64,000 bases of DNA from an uncultured bacterium (GCA_903861045.1 CAIOST010000353.1:4097-68096); one strand, 5' to 3'. Positions 54,211 to 63,622 are shown, numbered from the stretch's first letter. Notes: generated from the sequence alone by a model not told the origin. Translations and numbers: made by a program.

Positions 54211-54346
54211 TGGTCAGCCCGGTTCCCTATTGACAGCGGGGCCGCAAGATACGACACTGTCCGGCGATACGAAGCCCTAGCCGCGCGGGCTGGTCCGCAC
54301 GGCCGTCGGCACCGTACCGGAGTCTACGCCGCATGAAGTACCTGCT

Positions 54347-54955
54347 TTGCGCCCTGCTGTGCTGTGTTACCTCGCCGCCGCCCAGACGTCCACCGTCCCG
54401 GTCGCGGCACAACCCGCGGCTCCGGCCGCCAAGGAGACCCCTATGACCATCGTGATCGAAACCACCCACGGCAATATCACCGCCGAACTCTATGCCGACA
54501 AAGCCCCGCTCTCGGTCAGCAACTTCCTCGCCTACGTGGATGCCAAGTTCTACGACGGCACGATCTTCCATCGTGTGATCAAGGGGTTCATGCTCCAGGG
54601 CGGCGGCTTCACCACCCAGATGAAACAGAAGGCCACGCAGGCTCCCGTCAAGAACGAAGCCGATAACGGGCTCACGAACGACCGCGGCACGCTGGCCATG
54701 GCCCGTACCATGGTCGTGGATAGCGCCACAGCCCAGTTCTTCATCAATCACAAGGACAATGGTTTCCTGAACCACACCGCCAAGAACGCCCAAGGCTACG
54801 GCTACGCCGTGTTCGGCAAGGTCACCGAAGGCATGGACATCGTGGACAAGATCGCGGCCGTGGAGACGGCCACGGCCGGCTCATTCCAGAACGTGCCGAC
54901 CACACCGGTCGAGATCAAGTGCATCCGCCGCCAGGCCGCCGCCCCGGCGAAGTAA
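54347..54955 (+). CDS. cyclophilin-type peptidyl-prolyl cis-trans isomerase (probably exported)
   Basis: [21 protein letters not shown] and SATAQFFIN motifs. The start is uncertain: a TTG at 54347 gives a short signal-like [14 protein letters not shown], and an ATG at 54333 lies in another frame. Confidence 0.85.
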   Translation: MRPAVLCYLAAAQTSTVPVAAQPAAPAAKETPMTIVIETTHGNITAELYADKAPLSVSNFLAYVDAKFYDGTIFHRVIKGFMLQGGGFTTQMKQKATQAPVKNEADNGLTNDRGTLAMARTMVVDSATAQFFINHKDNGFLNHTAKNAQGYGYAVFGKVTEGMDIVDKIAAVETATAGSFQNVPTTPVEIKCIRRQAAAPAK

Positions 54956-55033
54956 GATCTCGGCTTTCTACGAGCGCGCCACCCCCTCCTCGCAATGGTG
55001 GGGTCGGCGCGTGTTCGCCCCTGCGCCCCCTAA

Positions 55034-55093
55034 CACCTGACACCTAACACCTCTCACCTGCCACCTGTCACGGCCCCCTTCCACCTACCACCT
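55034..55093 (+). repeat. heptad array CACCTNN (5 consecutive units, then 2 more) in a G-poor leader upstream of parE
   Basis: CACCT starts at 55034, 55041, 55048, 55055 and 55062 (exact 7-bp phase), and again at 55082 and 55089. The plus strand from about 55026 to 55117 is almost devoid of G. Confidence 0.85.
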
Positions 55094-55117
55094 AACCCCT
55101 ACCCCGAACCCCCGCCC

Positions 55118-56953
55118 ATGTCAGCTACGCCCAAGCACCAGTACGACGAAAGCAAGATTCAAACGCTCTCCGCTGTCGAGCATATCCGCAAGCGCACCGG
55201 CATGTACATTGGCCGCACCGGCGATGGCAGCCAGTATGAGGATGGCATCTACATCCTCCTCAAGGAAGTCCTCGACAATGCCGTGGACGAGTTCATCATG
55301 GGGCACGGCAAGAAGGTGGAGATCCAGGTGGACTTCAACACCGGGGCCGTCAGCATCCGCGACTATGGTCGCGGCATCCCCCTCGGCAAAGTCGTGGAGT
55401 GCGTATCCAAGATCAACACCGGCGCCAAGTACAATGACGAGGTTTTCCAGTTCAGCGTCGGCCTGAACGGCGTGGGCACCAAGGCCGTCAACGCCCTGGC
55501 TACCAGTTTCTTTGTGCGCGCCCACCGCGAGGGCGAGTTCGCTGAGGCCCTCTTCGCCTGTGGCGAACTACAGAAGGAGAAACGTGGTAAGTGCCCCAAC
55601 GAACGGGACGGCACCTTGGTGCAGTTCACGCCGGACGAAGCGATCTTTCCCAAATACCGGTTTCACGAAGAGCACATTCTGCGGCGTATGCGCATGTACG
55701 CCTACCTCAACGCCGGCCTGACGCTCCAGTTCAACGGCACGGCGATCGTCTCCGAAAACGGACTGCTCGACCTGATCCACGACGAAGCTCAGTTTGAAAA
55801 AATCTATCAACCGTTCCACTACCGCTCCAAGACCCTCGAAATCGCCTTCACCCACACCAACCGCTTCAGCGAGGATTACTACTCCTTCGTCAACGGACAG
55901 TTCACGAACGATGGCGGCACGCACCTGAGCGCTTTCAAGGAAGGGCTTGTCAAAGCCGTCAACGAGTTCAACAAGGGCGCAAAGTTAGAAGGCGATGACG
56001 TCCGCGAAGGGCTCATCGGCGCCGTGGCCATCCGCCTGAAAGACCCGATCTTTGAGTCGCAAACCAAGAACAAACTGGGCAACCAGGAAATCCGATCCGA
56101 CTTGGTGTCCGAAATCAAGCGCGTGATCGAGGAGATGCTCCACCGCGACCCGCAAGAGGCCGCCAAGCTCCTCGCCAAGATCGAAGAGACCAGCAAGCTG
56201 CGCGCCGAACTCAATTCCGTCAAGAAGCTCGCCCGCGAACGCTCCAAGTCCGTCACCATCCGCGTCCCCCAACTCAAGGATTGCAAGCAACACCTCAAAA
56301 AGCTGCAGGGGACCGGCCTCGACACGATGATCTTCATCACCGAGGGGCAGTCCGCCGCCGGTTCCATCGTCAGTTGCCGCGATGTGGCCAAGCAGGCTAT
56401 CTTCACGCTCAAAGGCAAACCGCTGAACGTCTGCGATTGCAAGCGCGACGCCCTCTACCGGAACATTGAAATCTACAATCTGATGTGCAGCCTCGATATC
56501 GAGCAGAGCGTCGACAACCTGCGCTACCAGAAGGTGATCCTCGCCACGGATGCGGACGTGGACGGTTTGCACATTCGCAATCTGATGATCACCCTGTTTC
56601 TGCGCTATTTTGAGCGTGTCGTGAAGGAAGGGCACCTCCACCTCCTGGAAACCCCCCTGTTCCGCGTGCGCAACAAGAAGGAAACCATCTACTGCTACGA
56701 CGAGGCTGAGCGCAACGTCGCCATCGGCCGCCTCGGCAAGGGGCACGAAATCACCCGCTTCAAAGGACTGGGGGAAATCTCCCCCAAGGAGTTCGAAGCG
56801 TTCATCGGCGACAGCATGCGCCTGACGCCCGTGGACATGACGCAGGATTACGGCGTACCCGAAACAATCGAATTCTACATGGGCCGTAATACGCCGGAAC
56901 GGCGGCAGTACATCATGGACAATCTGGTCATCAGCGAGGAAGTACTGTCGTGA
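55118..56953 (+). CDS. parE: type IIA DNA topoisomerase subunit B (short, topoisomerase IV ParE-like)
   Basis: AVEHIRKRTGMYIG, EVLDNAVDE, GLNGVG, TLKGKPLNV and ILATDADVDGLHI (Toprim). The short 611-aa length favours a topo IV-like enzyme over gyrase. Confidence 0.75.
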   Translation: MSATPKHQYDESKIQTLSAVEHIRKRTGMYIGRTGDGSQYEDGIYILLKEVLDNAVDEFIMGHGKKVEIQVDFNTGAVSIRDYGRGIPLGKVVECVSKINTGAKYNDEVFQFSVGLNGVGTKAVNALATSFFVRAHREGEFAEALFACGELQKEKRGKCPNERDGTLVQFTPDEAIFPKYRFHEEHILRRMRMYAYLNAGLTLQFNGTAIVSENGLLDLIHDEAQFEKIYQPFHYRSKTLEIAFTHTNRFSEDYYSFVNGQFTNDGGTHLSAFKEGLVKAVNEFNKGAKLEGDDVREGLIGAVAIRLKDPIFESQTKNKLGNQEIRSDLVSEIKRVIEEMLHRDPQEAAKLLAKIEETSKLRAELNSVKKLARERSKSVTIRVPQLKDCKQHLKKLQGTGLDTMIFITEGQSAAGSIVSCRDVAKQAIFTLKGKPLNVCDCKRDALYRNIEIYNLMCSLDIEQSVDNLRYQKVILATDADVDGLHIRNLMITLFLRYFERVVKEGHLHLLETPLFRVRNKKETIYCYDEAERNVAIGRLGKGHEITRFKGLGEISPKEFEAFIGDSMRLTPVDMTQDYGVPETIEFYMGRNTPERRQYIMDNLVISEEVLS

Positions 56954-59187
56954 GCAAGCCCCAGCGCAAAGCATCCACACCGCCACCCCACGCGGCCGCC
57001 GGCCCGGCGGCGCACGAGCACCAGGACCTGCCACCCGTGCAGGTCACACAAGACCTGCTGTTCGACCTGAACACGCTCCCCGCGGAACGAGCCGCCGCCA
57101 AAGCGGGCCAGCCAGACGCCCGCGCCTCAGCCGAGGAGCCGTTGCTCCCCACCGACCCGTCGGCCCCCATCTCCGACCACCTAGCCGTGACGCACGCCGC
57201 GCACACCGACCCCTCCTCCGAGCATTTCGTGCACCCCAGCGAACGCGGCCCGCTCGGTCGTCTGCTGGACAGCAACTTCCTGCAGTTTGCCTCGTATACG
57301 ATTTGTCACCGCGCCATCCCCACCGTCGAAGACGGTCTCAAGCCCGTGCAGCGGCGCATCCTGCACTCCCTGTACGAGAAGGATGACGGGCGATTCATCA
57401 AGGTCGCCAGCGTCGTTGGTCACGCCATGCAGTACCATCCGCATGGCGACCAGTCCATTGCCGACGCCATCGTCAACCTCACCAACAAGCGCTACCTGAT
57501 CGAGGGGCAGGGAAACTTCGGCAACATTCACACCGGCGACCCGGCCGCCGCCTCGCGATACATCGAATGCCGGCTGACCGAGTTGGCGCGCCACGAGCTG
57601 TTCAACCCCAAGACCACGCGCTATACCAAGAGCTACGATGGCCGTAACGAGGAACCGCTGCTGCTCCCCAGCAAGTTACCCCTGCTACTGATGCTAGGGG
57701 CGGAGGGCATTGCCGTCGGCCTCTCCACCGCCATGCTGCCGCACAACTTTATCGAACTGCTGGAGGCGCAGATCGCCATCATCCAGAAGAAGCCGTTTCA
57801 GGTGTTACCGGACTTCCAGACCGGCGGGCAGATGGACGTGCGCGAATACACGGATGGCCACGGACGCATCAAAGTCCGCGCCAAGATCGCCCCCCGCCAG
57901 AACAATCGCCTCATCATCACCGAACTCCCCTTTGGCCAGACCACCGAAGCGCTGGTGGAATCCATTGAAGAAGCCATCCGCAAGAAGAAGGTGCCGGTCC
58001 GGCAGATCAACGATTTCACCGCCGAGAACGTGGAGATCGAACTGATCCTCACGGCCGGCGCACCGCAGGAATCGGCCACCAAGGCGCTCTTCGCCTTTAC
58101 CAACTGCGAAGTTTCGGTCAGCAGCCGGCCGGTGGTCCTGTTCGAAAACCGCCCGCGCGAAATGCCGGTCTCCGAGATCCTGAAAGCCAACACCGCACAA
58201 CTGCTCGTGCTGCTGCAACGGGAGCTCGAAATCCGCCAGGGCGAACTGCAGGAGGAGTTCCACCATAAGACGCTGGAACGCATCTTTATTGAAGAACGCA
58301 TCTACAAACGCATCGAAGAGTGCCGCACCTACGAACTGGTGCAGCAGGCCGTAATCGAAGGGTTTGTGCCGTTCCGCAAACGCCTGCGCCGCGACGTCAC
58401 CCACGAGGATGTCGCCAAGTTGATCCAGATCCCGATCCGCCGCATATCCCTCTACGACATCAACAAGAACCGCGAGGAGATCGAGAACATCCTCAAAGAA
58501 CTGGCCGAGGTCGAAGAGAACCTCACGTCGCTGCGCGCCTATGCCGTCAAATACCTGAAGAATCTGATCAAGAAATACAAAGACCAGTACCCCCGCCGCA
58601 CCGGCATCGTCACCTTCGGCGAGATCGAGATCCGCTCTCTCACGGCCACAGAACTGACACTGAAAATCGACCGGGAAAACGGGTACATCGGCCACGACAT
58701 TCGCAACGCCGAAGCGCTCTTCCAGTGTTCATCCCTCGATAAGATCATCGTCTGCTGGGAGGATGGCCGCTATAAGGTCATGCCCCCGCCTGACAAGTTC
58801 TTCGTGGACAAGAACATGCGCTACTGCGCCATCTTCGACCGCGACCGGCAGATGACCTGTGTCTACACGCAGAAAGATCACGGTTTCTCCTACGTGAAAC
58901 GGTTCACCTTCGGCGGTGCCATTCAGAACAAGGAGTACCGTCTCGCGCCCGAGAACTGCGAGTTACTGTTGCTACAGGAAGGGACGCCGGAAACCCTCTA
59001 CCTCAAGTATCGGCCTGCCAAATCACAGCGTATCAACCAGCAGGCTTTCACCCCCTCGGAAGTGATGGTCAAGGGTGTGGCCTCCCGCGGTATCCAGATG
59101 ACCTCCAAGGCGATCGCCAAGATCGACACCCAGAAACCGCGCTGGTGGGAGAACGACGCCGAGTCGCCGAGAGGCGTGCTGCTCTAG
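56950..59187 (+). CDS. parC: type IIA DNA topoisomerase subunit A (ParC-like) with a ~100-aa Pro/Ala-rich N-terminal extension
   Basis: AIPTVEDGLKPVQRRILH, YHPHGDQSIADAIV, GQGNFGN and AAASRYIECRL (catalytic Tyr). The GTG start overlaps the parE stop. The true start could be further downstream. Confidence 0.75.
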   Translation: MSKPQRKASTPPPHAAAGPAAHEHQDLPPVQVTQDLLFDLNTLPAERAAAKAGQPDARASAEEPLLPTDPSAPISDHLAVTHAAHTDPSSEHFVHPSERGPLGRLLDSNFLQFASYTICHRAIPTVEDGLKPVQRRILHSLYEKDDGRFIKVASVVGHAMQYHPHGDQSIADAIVNLTNKRYLIEGQGNFGNIHTGDPAAASRYIECRLTELARHELFNPKTTRYTKSYDGRNEEPLLLPSKLPLLLMLGAEGIAVGLSTAMLPHNFIELLEAQIAIIQKKPFQVLPDFQTGGQMDVREYTDGHGRIKVRAKIAPRQNNRLIITELPFGQTTEALVESIEEAIRKKKVPVRQINDFTAENVEIELILTAGAPQESATKALFAFTNCEVSVSSRPVVLFENRPREMPVSEILKANTAQLLVLLQRELEIRQGELQEEFHHKTLERIFIEERIYKRIEECRTYELVQQAVIEGFVPFRKRLRRDVTHEDVAKLIQIPIRRISLYDINKNREEIENILKELAEVEENLTSLRAYAVKYLKNLIKKYKDQYPRRTGIVTFGEIEIRSLTATELTLKIDRENGYIGHDIRNAEALFQCSSLDKIIVCWEDGRYKVMPPPDKFFVDKNMRYCAIFDRDRQMTCVYTQKDHGFSYVKRFTFGGAIQNKEYRLAPENCELLLLQEGTPETLYLKYRPAKSQRINQQAFTPSEVMVKGVASRGIQMTSKAIAKIDTQKPRWWENDAESPRGVLL

Positions 59188-59191
59188 TTGA

Positions 59192-60085
59192 TCAGGGCGA
59201 CATGCCCAAGCGTTTCTCCAGCATCGCATCCCGTGGGATCCCCAACCGGCGGGCATGCTGATAGTACGCTTCGGCGTCGGCCCGTTTCTCCGGCGTCATC
59301 TCCAGCAGCAGATAGGCCATATTGATATGCGCCTGCGGCAGCTCCGGATGCGCCTTCAACACCTTGTCCAGGGCCAGCAGCGCATCGAAGTAACGACCGG
59401 CACCACAATACGCGCCGGCCGCCAGCAACAGCACGGCCTCATCCTCCTCCGCGTCGCGCACCCCTTCGATGGTCACAATGGCATCATCATACCGCCCCTG
59501 CTGCACCCGCACCGTCGCCATCAGCAGCAGCGCCCGACGATTCGTGGGCTCCGCCCGGAGCACCTTAATCAACGATGGTACCGCCTCCGCCGGATGATCG
59601 CCCGTGATGAAGCGCTGCGCAATCGCCAGCTCCCGACGCACATCCACCGGTTCCTCCAGCATGGCCATGCGCGCCTCAGCCTGCGACGGTGTCGGCACCT
59701 CGCGCTCGCGGGCCAGCCCCGTGGGGTGTGTGATCGCCACAGGCCCCTCCGGCTTGGCCTTCTCCCGCGCGACATTCTGAATCTGCTCCACCTGACTGGC
59801 GCAATACGAGAGGCGGAAGCGCACCAGACCGTTCTGCAGGTTGGGGCTGAGTTGCTCGGCCTGCCGGTACTGCTCCGCGGCCGCCTGGTAATACTGGGCG
59901 GCCTTACCCATGTCGCCGGCACGCCAGACTTCGTCCCCGGCCTGCACCTGGGCATTCGCCTGGCTAGCCAGTTTCTCGGCTTTCGCTGTGTCGGTCTCAT
60001 TAAAAGGCCAGACCGCCTGCACCGCCGGCGTCACGCCAAGCAAGAGCGCCACCAACAGCATGCCACGCAGGAAGCGGATTGACAT
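59192..60085 (-). CDS. secreted TPR-repeat protein
   Basis: Start set at MSIRFLRGMLLVALLLGVTPAVQA (signal peptide). TPR-like repeats follow (…GRYDDAIVTIEGV..., ...GRYFDALLALDKVLKAHPELPQAHINMAYLL...). Confidence 0.7.
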   Translation of the reverse strand: MSIRFLRGMLLVALLLGVTPAVQAVWPFNETDTAKAEKLASQANAQVQAGDEVWRAGDMGKAAQYYQAAAEQYRQAEQLSPNLQNGLVRFRLSYCASQVEQIQNVAREKAKPEGPVAITHPTGLAREREVPTPSQAEARMAMLEEPVDVRRELAIAQRFITGDHPAEAVPSLIKVLRAEPTNRRALLLMATVRVQQGRYDDAIVTIEGVRDAEEDEAVLLLAAGAYCGAGRYFDALLALDKVLKAHPELPQAHINMAYLLLEMTPEKRADAEAYYQHARRLGIPRDAMLEKRLGMSP

Positions 60086-60125
60086 AAAGAGCTCCGGTCT
60101 GGTCGCGACTCCAGCCTGCCGGTTT

Positions 60126-61364
60126 CTACACCCGGATCTGGCCGGCCTGCGCCATGGCGCGGGCTTCCACACTCTGAATCTCCACAAAACCTTGCGAACT
60201 GACCGGATTGAGCCCGGCGCTCGCTTCCATCGAAGAGTCCGCCTCGTTGTACAGCGAGGCCGGGCATTCGCGTAGCGCATGGAACCAAACGTTCCCCTTG
60301 TAGAGACCGACCGATACCACACCGCTGGCATGTTGCGCGAACACCCCGATGGCCGCCCGCGCTGCCTGCGTCACGGGATCAAAATAGCGTCCGTCATAAA
60401 TCTGGTCCGCCACCAGCTTGGAGAGCTGCTGGAACAGCAACGTGGCGCGGCGATCCAACACCGCCTGGTAGAGGAACCGCAGGGCCGTACCGAGCAACTC
60501 CATGCCGGGCGCCTCATAGACACCCCGACTCTTCGTGCCGACCACGCGATTCTCCAGCGCATGCTTCATCCCGATGCCATTGCGCCCGCCGATCTGGTTG
60601 GCCAGTACCATGGCTTCGATCGGGGTTACTTCCCGGCCGTTGATCTGCACCACGCGGCCGTGCACAAAACGCACCGTCACCTCCTCCACCCGGTCCGGCG
60701 CCTGCATGGGCCACACGCCCATCGTCGGCTGCACAATGGTCATGGGCGTCTCGATGCTCTCCAGATCCTCGGCCTCGTGCGACAACCCCGCCAGATTGGC
60801 GTCCGTCGAATACTTCTTCTTGCCGCCAACCGGTGCCGGAATGCCAAAGCGCACCAGATACTCCGCCATCTGTGTTCGTCCGGGAAACTGCCGCAACAGC
60901 TCCGGATCACGCCAGGGGGCATACACGCGCATCTTCGGCGCCAGCACATTGGTGTAGCGCTCGAAACGCATCTGATCATTCCCGCGCCCCGTGGCGCCAT
61001 GCGAAAGCACCGTGCAGCCGCGCTTCTGCATCTCCGCCAGCAACCCGCGCACCGTAACCGCCCGGGCAATGCCGGTCGAGTTCCAATACCCGCCATCGTA
61101 CATCGCCTGCGCTTCCAACACTTCAAAGCAGGCCTGCGCCATGGCCTCCTTGAGGTCCACAATCACCGTGTCCACGCCACAGGGTGCCATACGCGCATGG
61201 ATATCGTTGATATCCTTCTCGTCCGGCTGCCCCAGGTCCGCGGCAAACGCCAGCACCGTGACACCCTCTTCAATCATCCGTTTGGAGATGGTACGACTAT
61301 CCAACCCGCCCGACACACAGGCGCCCACTTTTTCGGTCTTCAGATCAGCCAGCGTAAGCGACAT
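60126..61364 (-). CDS. argG: argininosuccinate synthase
   Basis: ACVSGGLDS PP-loop, ...GATGRGNDQMRFE... and ...YEAPG.... 412 aa. GGGAG SD. Confidence 0.9.
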   Translation of the reverse strand: MSLTLADLKTEKVGACVSGGLDSRTISKRMIEEGVTVLAFAADLGQPDEKDINDIHARMAPCGVDTVIVDLKEAMAQACFEVLEAQAMYDGGYWNSTGIARAVTVRGLLAEMQKRGCTVLSHGATGRGNDQMRFERYTNVLAPKMRVYAPWRDPELLRQFPGRTQMAEYLVRFGIPAPVGGKKKYSTDANLAGLSHEAEDLESIETPMTIVQPTMGVWPMQAPDRVEEVTVRFVHGRVVQINGREVTPIEAMVLANQIGGRNGIGMKHALENRVVGTKSRGVYEAPGMELLGTALRFLYQAVLDRRATLLFQQLSKLVADQIYDGRYFDPVTQAARAAIGVFAQHASGVVSVGLYKGNVWFHALRECPASLYNEADSSMEASAGLNPVSSQGFVEIQSVEARAMAQAGQIRV

Positions 61365-61442
61365 GACAACTCCCTGTTAAATAGCGTGCATTCTAGCGTT
61401 TGCGCCATCAAACCGCAACACGCGATGATGCTTATGGAGGGC

Positions 61443-61476
61443 GGAAGATTGGGGGGGGGATGCATGGAAGATTGGG
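61443..61476 (+). repeat. two direct copies of GGAAGATTGGG separated by a G9 run
   Basis: The copies are at 61443-61453 and 61466-61476. The homopolymer G9 is at 61451-61459. Lies in the argG upstream region. Confidence 0.85.
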
Positions 61477-61601
61477 AAAACCACGAATACTGGCAGTTTC
61501 CTGCGAGCCCTGAGCGGGGCCGCAACCGCACGCGGCGCGTGATGCAGCAATTCCAGGCCGCGGATGTAGATTGACCAGGCTGACGCGGGCCTGCCCCATC
61601 T

Positions 61602-61627
61602 CCAGTCTTCCAGTCTTCCAGTCTTCC
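61602..61627 (-). repeat. 3 x 8-bp tandem repeat (minus strand GGAAGACT x3), inverted relative to the GGAAGATTGG copies at 61443/61466
   Basis: The plus strand reads CCAGTCTTCCAGTCTTCCAGTCTTCC. Lies immediately downstream of the radical SAM gene stop (61636). Confidence 0.9.
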
Positions 61628-61635
61628 GCTGGCTC

Positions 61636-62628
61636 TTACTTCCACACACCATGTACGGCGTGGCCGCAGGCGGGGCAGGCGCCATCACATAGCCGGTTTT
61701 CCAAAATGGCGTAGCGCCGCCGGCGGATCAGCACCTGCCCGCAGCCGGCACACGCGGTGTCTTCCCCACCGGGCAGATCCAGATTCCCCACATACACATG
61801 CCGCAACCCCTCGGCATGCGCGATCTCACGCGCCCGCACCAGCGTTGCCACCGGCGTCGGCGGTAGCTCGGTCATCTCATGCAGCGGAAAGAAGCGCAAA
61901 AAATGAAACGGTGTTTCCGCACCCGCGTGCGCCACCACCCAGCGGCACAAATCCCGCAACATGTCATCCGAGTCATTACACGTCGGAATCACCAGATTGC
62001 TCAACTCCAGGTAGACCCCCTCCGCGAGCAAGATCTCGATCGTGCGCAACACCGGTGCCAGCGAGGCGCCGCAAACCTCCCGATAGAACGGATCGGACAT
62101 GGCCTTGATGTCCAGCGTGACCGCATCCAACACCCGGCAAAGCTGGCGCAACGGCTCCGGGTTCACATAGCCCGCGGTGACGATGGCATTGCGCACCCCG
62201 GCCTCCCGGCAAGCGCGGGCGCAATCGCAGGTATACTCAAAACAGACCAATGGCTCGGTATATGTGTAGGCCACGGCAGCACACCCCTGCTGCCGGGCCA
62301 GCACGGGCACCTGCTCCGGTGGCAGGTCGTGTGCCGGCGCCTCCTCGGGGCGCGCCTGGGAGATCTCCCAGTTCTGGCAGTTCTGGCAATGCAGATTGCA
62401 CCCCACGGTCGCCAGCGAGAAGATCCGGGAGCCAGGCAAATAATGAAAGAACGGCTTTTTTTCAACAGGATCCACGGCCAGCGAGCAAGGCCGGCCGTAC
62501 GTCAAGCATTGCACCCGCCCCTCACGATTCGCGCGGATCCGGCAATCACCGCGCCCGCCCGGTGGCAGCAGACACATCTTGGGACAAATCAGACATCGTA
62601 CCGCCCCCTGGTTGGTTGCTTGCGTCAT
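61636..62628 (-). CDS. AmmeMemoRadiSam-type radical SAM enzyme
   Basis: N-terminal Cys cluster (RCLICPKMCLL...GDCRIR), DPVEKKPFFHYLPGS, radical SAM motif GCNLHCQNCQNWEIS, and a C-terminal CAGCG...CPACG. Start set at MTQATNQ (62628). Confidence 0.75.
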   Translation of the reverse strand: MTQATNQGAVRCLICPKMCLLPPGGRGDCRIRANREGRVQCLTYGRPCSLAVDPVEKKPFFHYLPGSRIFSLATVGCNLHCQNCQNWEISQARPEEAPAHDLPPEQVPVLARQQGCAAVAYTYTEPLVCFEYTCDCARACREAGVRNAIVTAGYVNPEPLRQLCRVLDAVTLDIKAMSDPFYREVCGASLAPVLRTIEILLAEGVYLELSNLVIPTCNDSDDMLRDLCRWVVAHAGAETPFHFLRFFPLHEMTELPPTPVATLVRAREIAHAEGLRHVYVGNLDLPGGEDTACAGCGQVLIRRRRYAILENRLCDGACPACGHAVHGVWK

Positions 62629-63223
62629 CGCACCCCCGCTTCCTATTTCCTTCGTCCCCATGCCCCACGCGACACTCCGGCACATTCGCCAGGCGATTAC
62701 AGAACCGCGCCAGCACAAACAAAAAGTCGGCCAGACGGTTCACATACATGACGGACTCCAGCAGCACCCCGGCCCCATCGGCCGGCGTCTGCCGGGCCAG
62801 CGTAGCCAGCTCCCGCTCCACCCGGCGGCAGACGCTGCGCGCGACATGCGTAACCGCCGCGGCCCGGCACCCCCCCGGCAGCACGAACCCCTCCCACGCA
62901 GGCAATTCCGCCACCATCGCATCAATCCAGCGCTCGATTCGGGCACTCTCCTTGGCGCCCACGGGGCGGACCCGCACTTGCCCCTCCAGCCGTCCCTGCA
63001 ACTGCGCCACGGCCGCCACACTAAACAACTCGCTCTGCACCTGTCGCACCTGCATCGCCAGTTCCGGCCGGTCGACCGGGGCCTCCGCCGCCACCACCCC
63101 CAACCAGGAAACCAATTCATCCACCGCACCGCCCACCTGAATCCGCGGGTCATCCTTCCAAACCCGTTGTCCACTCAATAACATGGTACGCCCATCATCG
63201 CCGTGGCGGGTATAGATATCCAT
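62546..63223 (-). CDS. PduO-type ATP:cob(I)alamin adenosyltransferase
   Basis: MDIYTRHGDDGRT N-terminal motif and ...YVNRLADFLFVLAR... near the C-terminus. The C-terminal ~30 aa overlap the radical SAM gene start by 83 nt. Confidence 0.75.
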   Translation of the reverse strand: MDIYTRHGDDGRTMLLSGQRVWKDDPRIQVGGAVDELVSWLGVVAAEAPVDRPELAMQVRQVQSELFSVAAVAQLQGRLEGQVRVRPVGAKESARIERWIDAMVAELPAWEGFVLPGGCRAAAVTHVARSVCRRVERELATLARQTPADGAGVLLESVMYVNRLADFLFVLARFCNRLANVPECRVGHGDEGNRKRGCDDASNQPGGGTMSDLSQDVSAATGRAR

Positions 63224-63345
63224 TAGGCCCCTCGCGTTTCGTGTGTCATAACTGTGGGCATTGTACGCCGCCCCTGCCACCCGCTGCAACTGAATCCGAC
63301 TTCGTGGGGCGCATCCCTGTTCCCCTTGCTTTGCGTTGTAGTGTT

Positions 63346-63403
63346 GTAGGCCGCAACTCCGGTTGCGGCCCATTCCATGGCCGGAACCGGAGTTCCGGCC
63401 TAC
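63346..63403. repeat. twin perfect hairpins (9-bp stems, 4-nt loops), inverted copies of each other with a compensatory base-pair change
   Basis: GGCCGCAAC-TCCG-GTTGCGGCC is at 63349-63370 and GGCCGGAAC-CGGA-GTTCCGGCC at 63379-63400. They are flanked by GTA...TAC. Lies in the divergent ATR/hisG intergenic region. Confidence 0.85.
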
Positions 63404-63622
63404 TGAACGCAACTCTGTAATGAAACAAGGATGCGCCCGCCTTCGTGGTGAACCCGGATGGGGTCGCGTCCCCCCTCCCTCCCCCCCTCTACCGTGGTGC
63501 CAATCGACGGGGCGAACACGACCGGCCAACATCACAAAAAATGATTCTCACTCCCGGTTTGCCTCACCCGACACAACCTGCTATAGTGCCGCACTTTCTT
63601 TTCACCACCGGAGAAGCGTCGC

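Noticed and set aside
54333-54446. Possible frameshift in the PPIase signal peptide. The ATG at 54333 encodes [11 protein letters not shown]... in frame 3, while the enzyme is in frame 2 (…[14 protein letters not shown]…).
   Set aside because: The TTG at 54347 in the correct frame already yields a short but plausible signal-like N-terminus. An indel cannot be demonstrated without reads, so it is recorded only as start-site uncertainty.
63224-63622. Histidine-operon leader peptide/attenuator upstream of hisG.
   Set aside because: There is no short ORF with a run of His codons in the 400-bp upstream region. The twin hairpins are not followed by a U-tract in the hisG direction.
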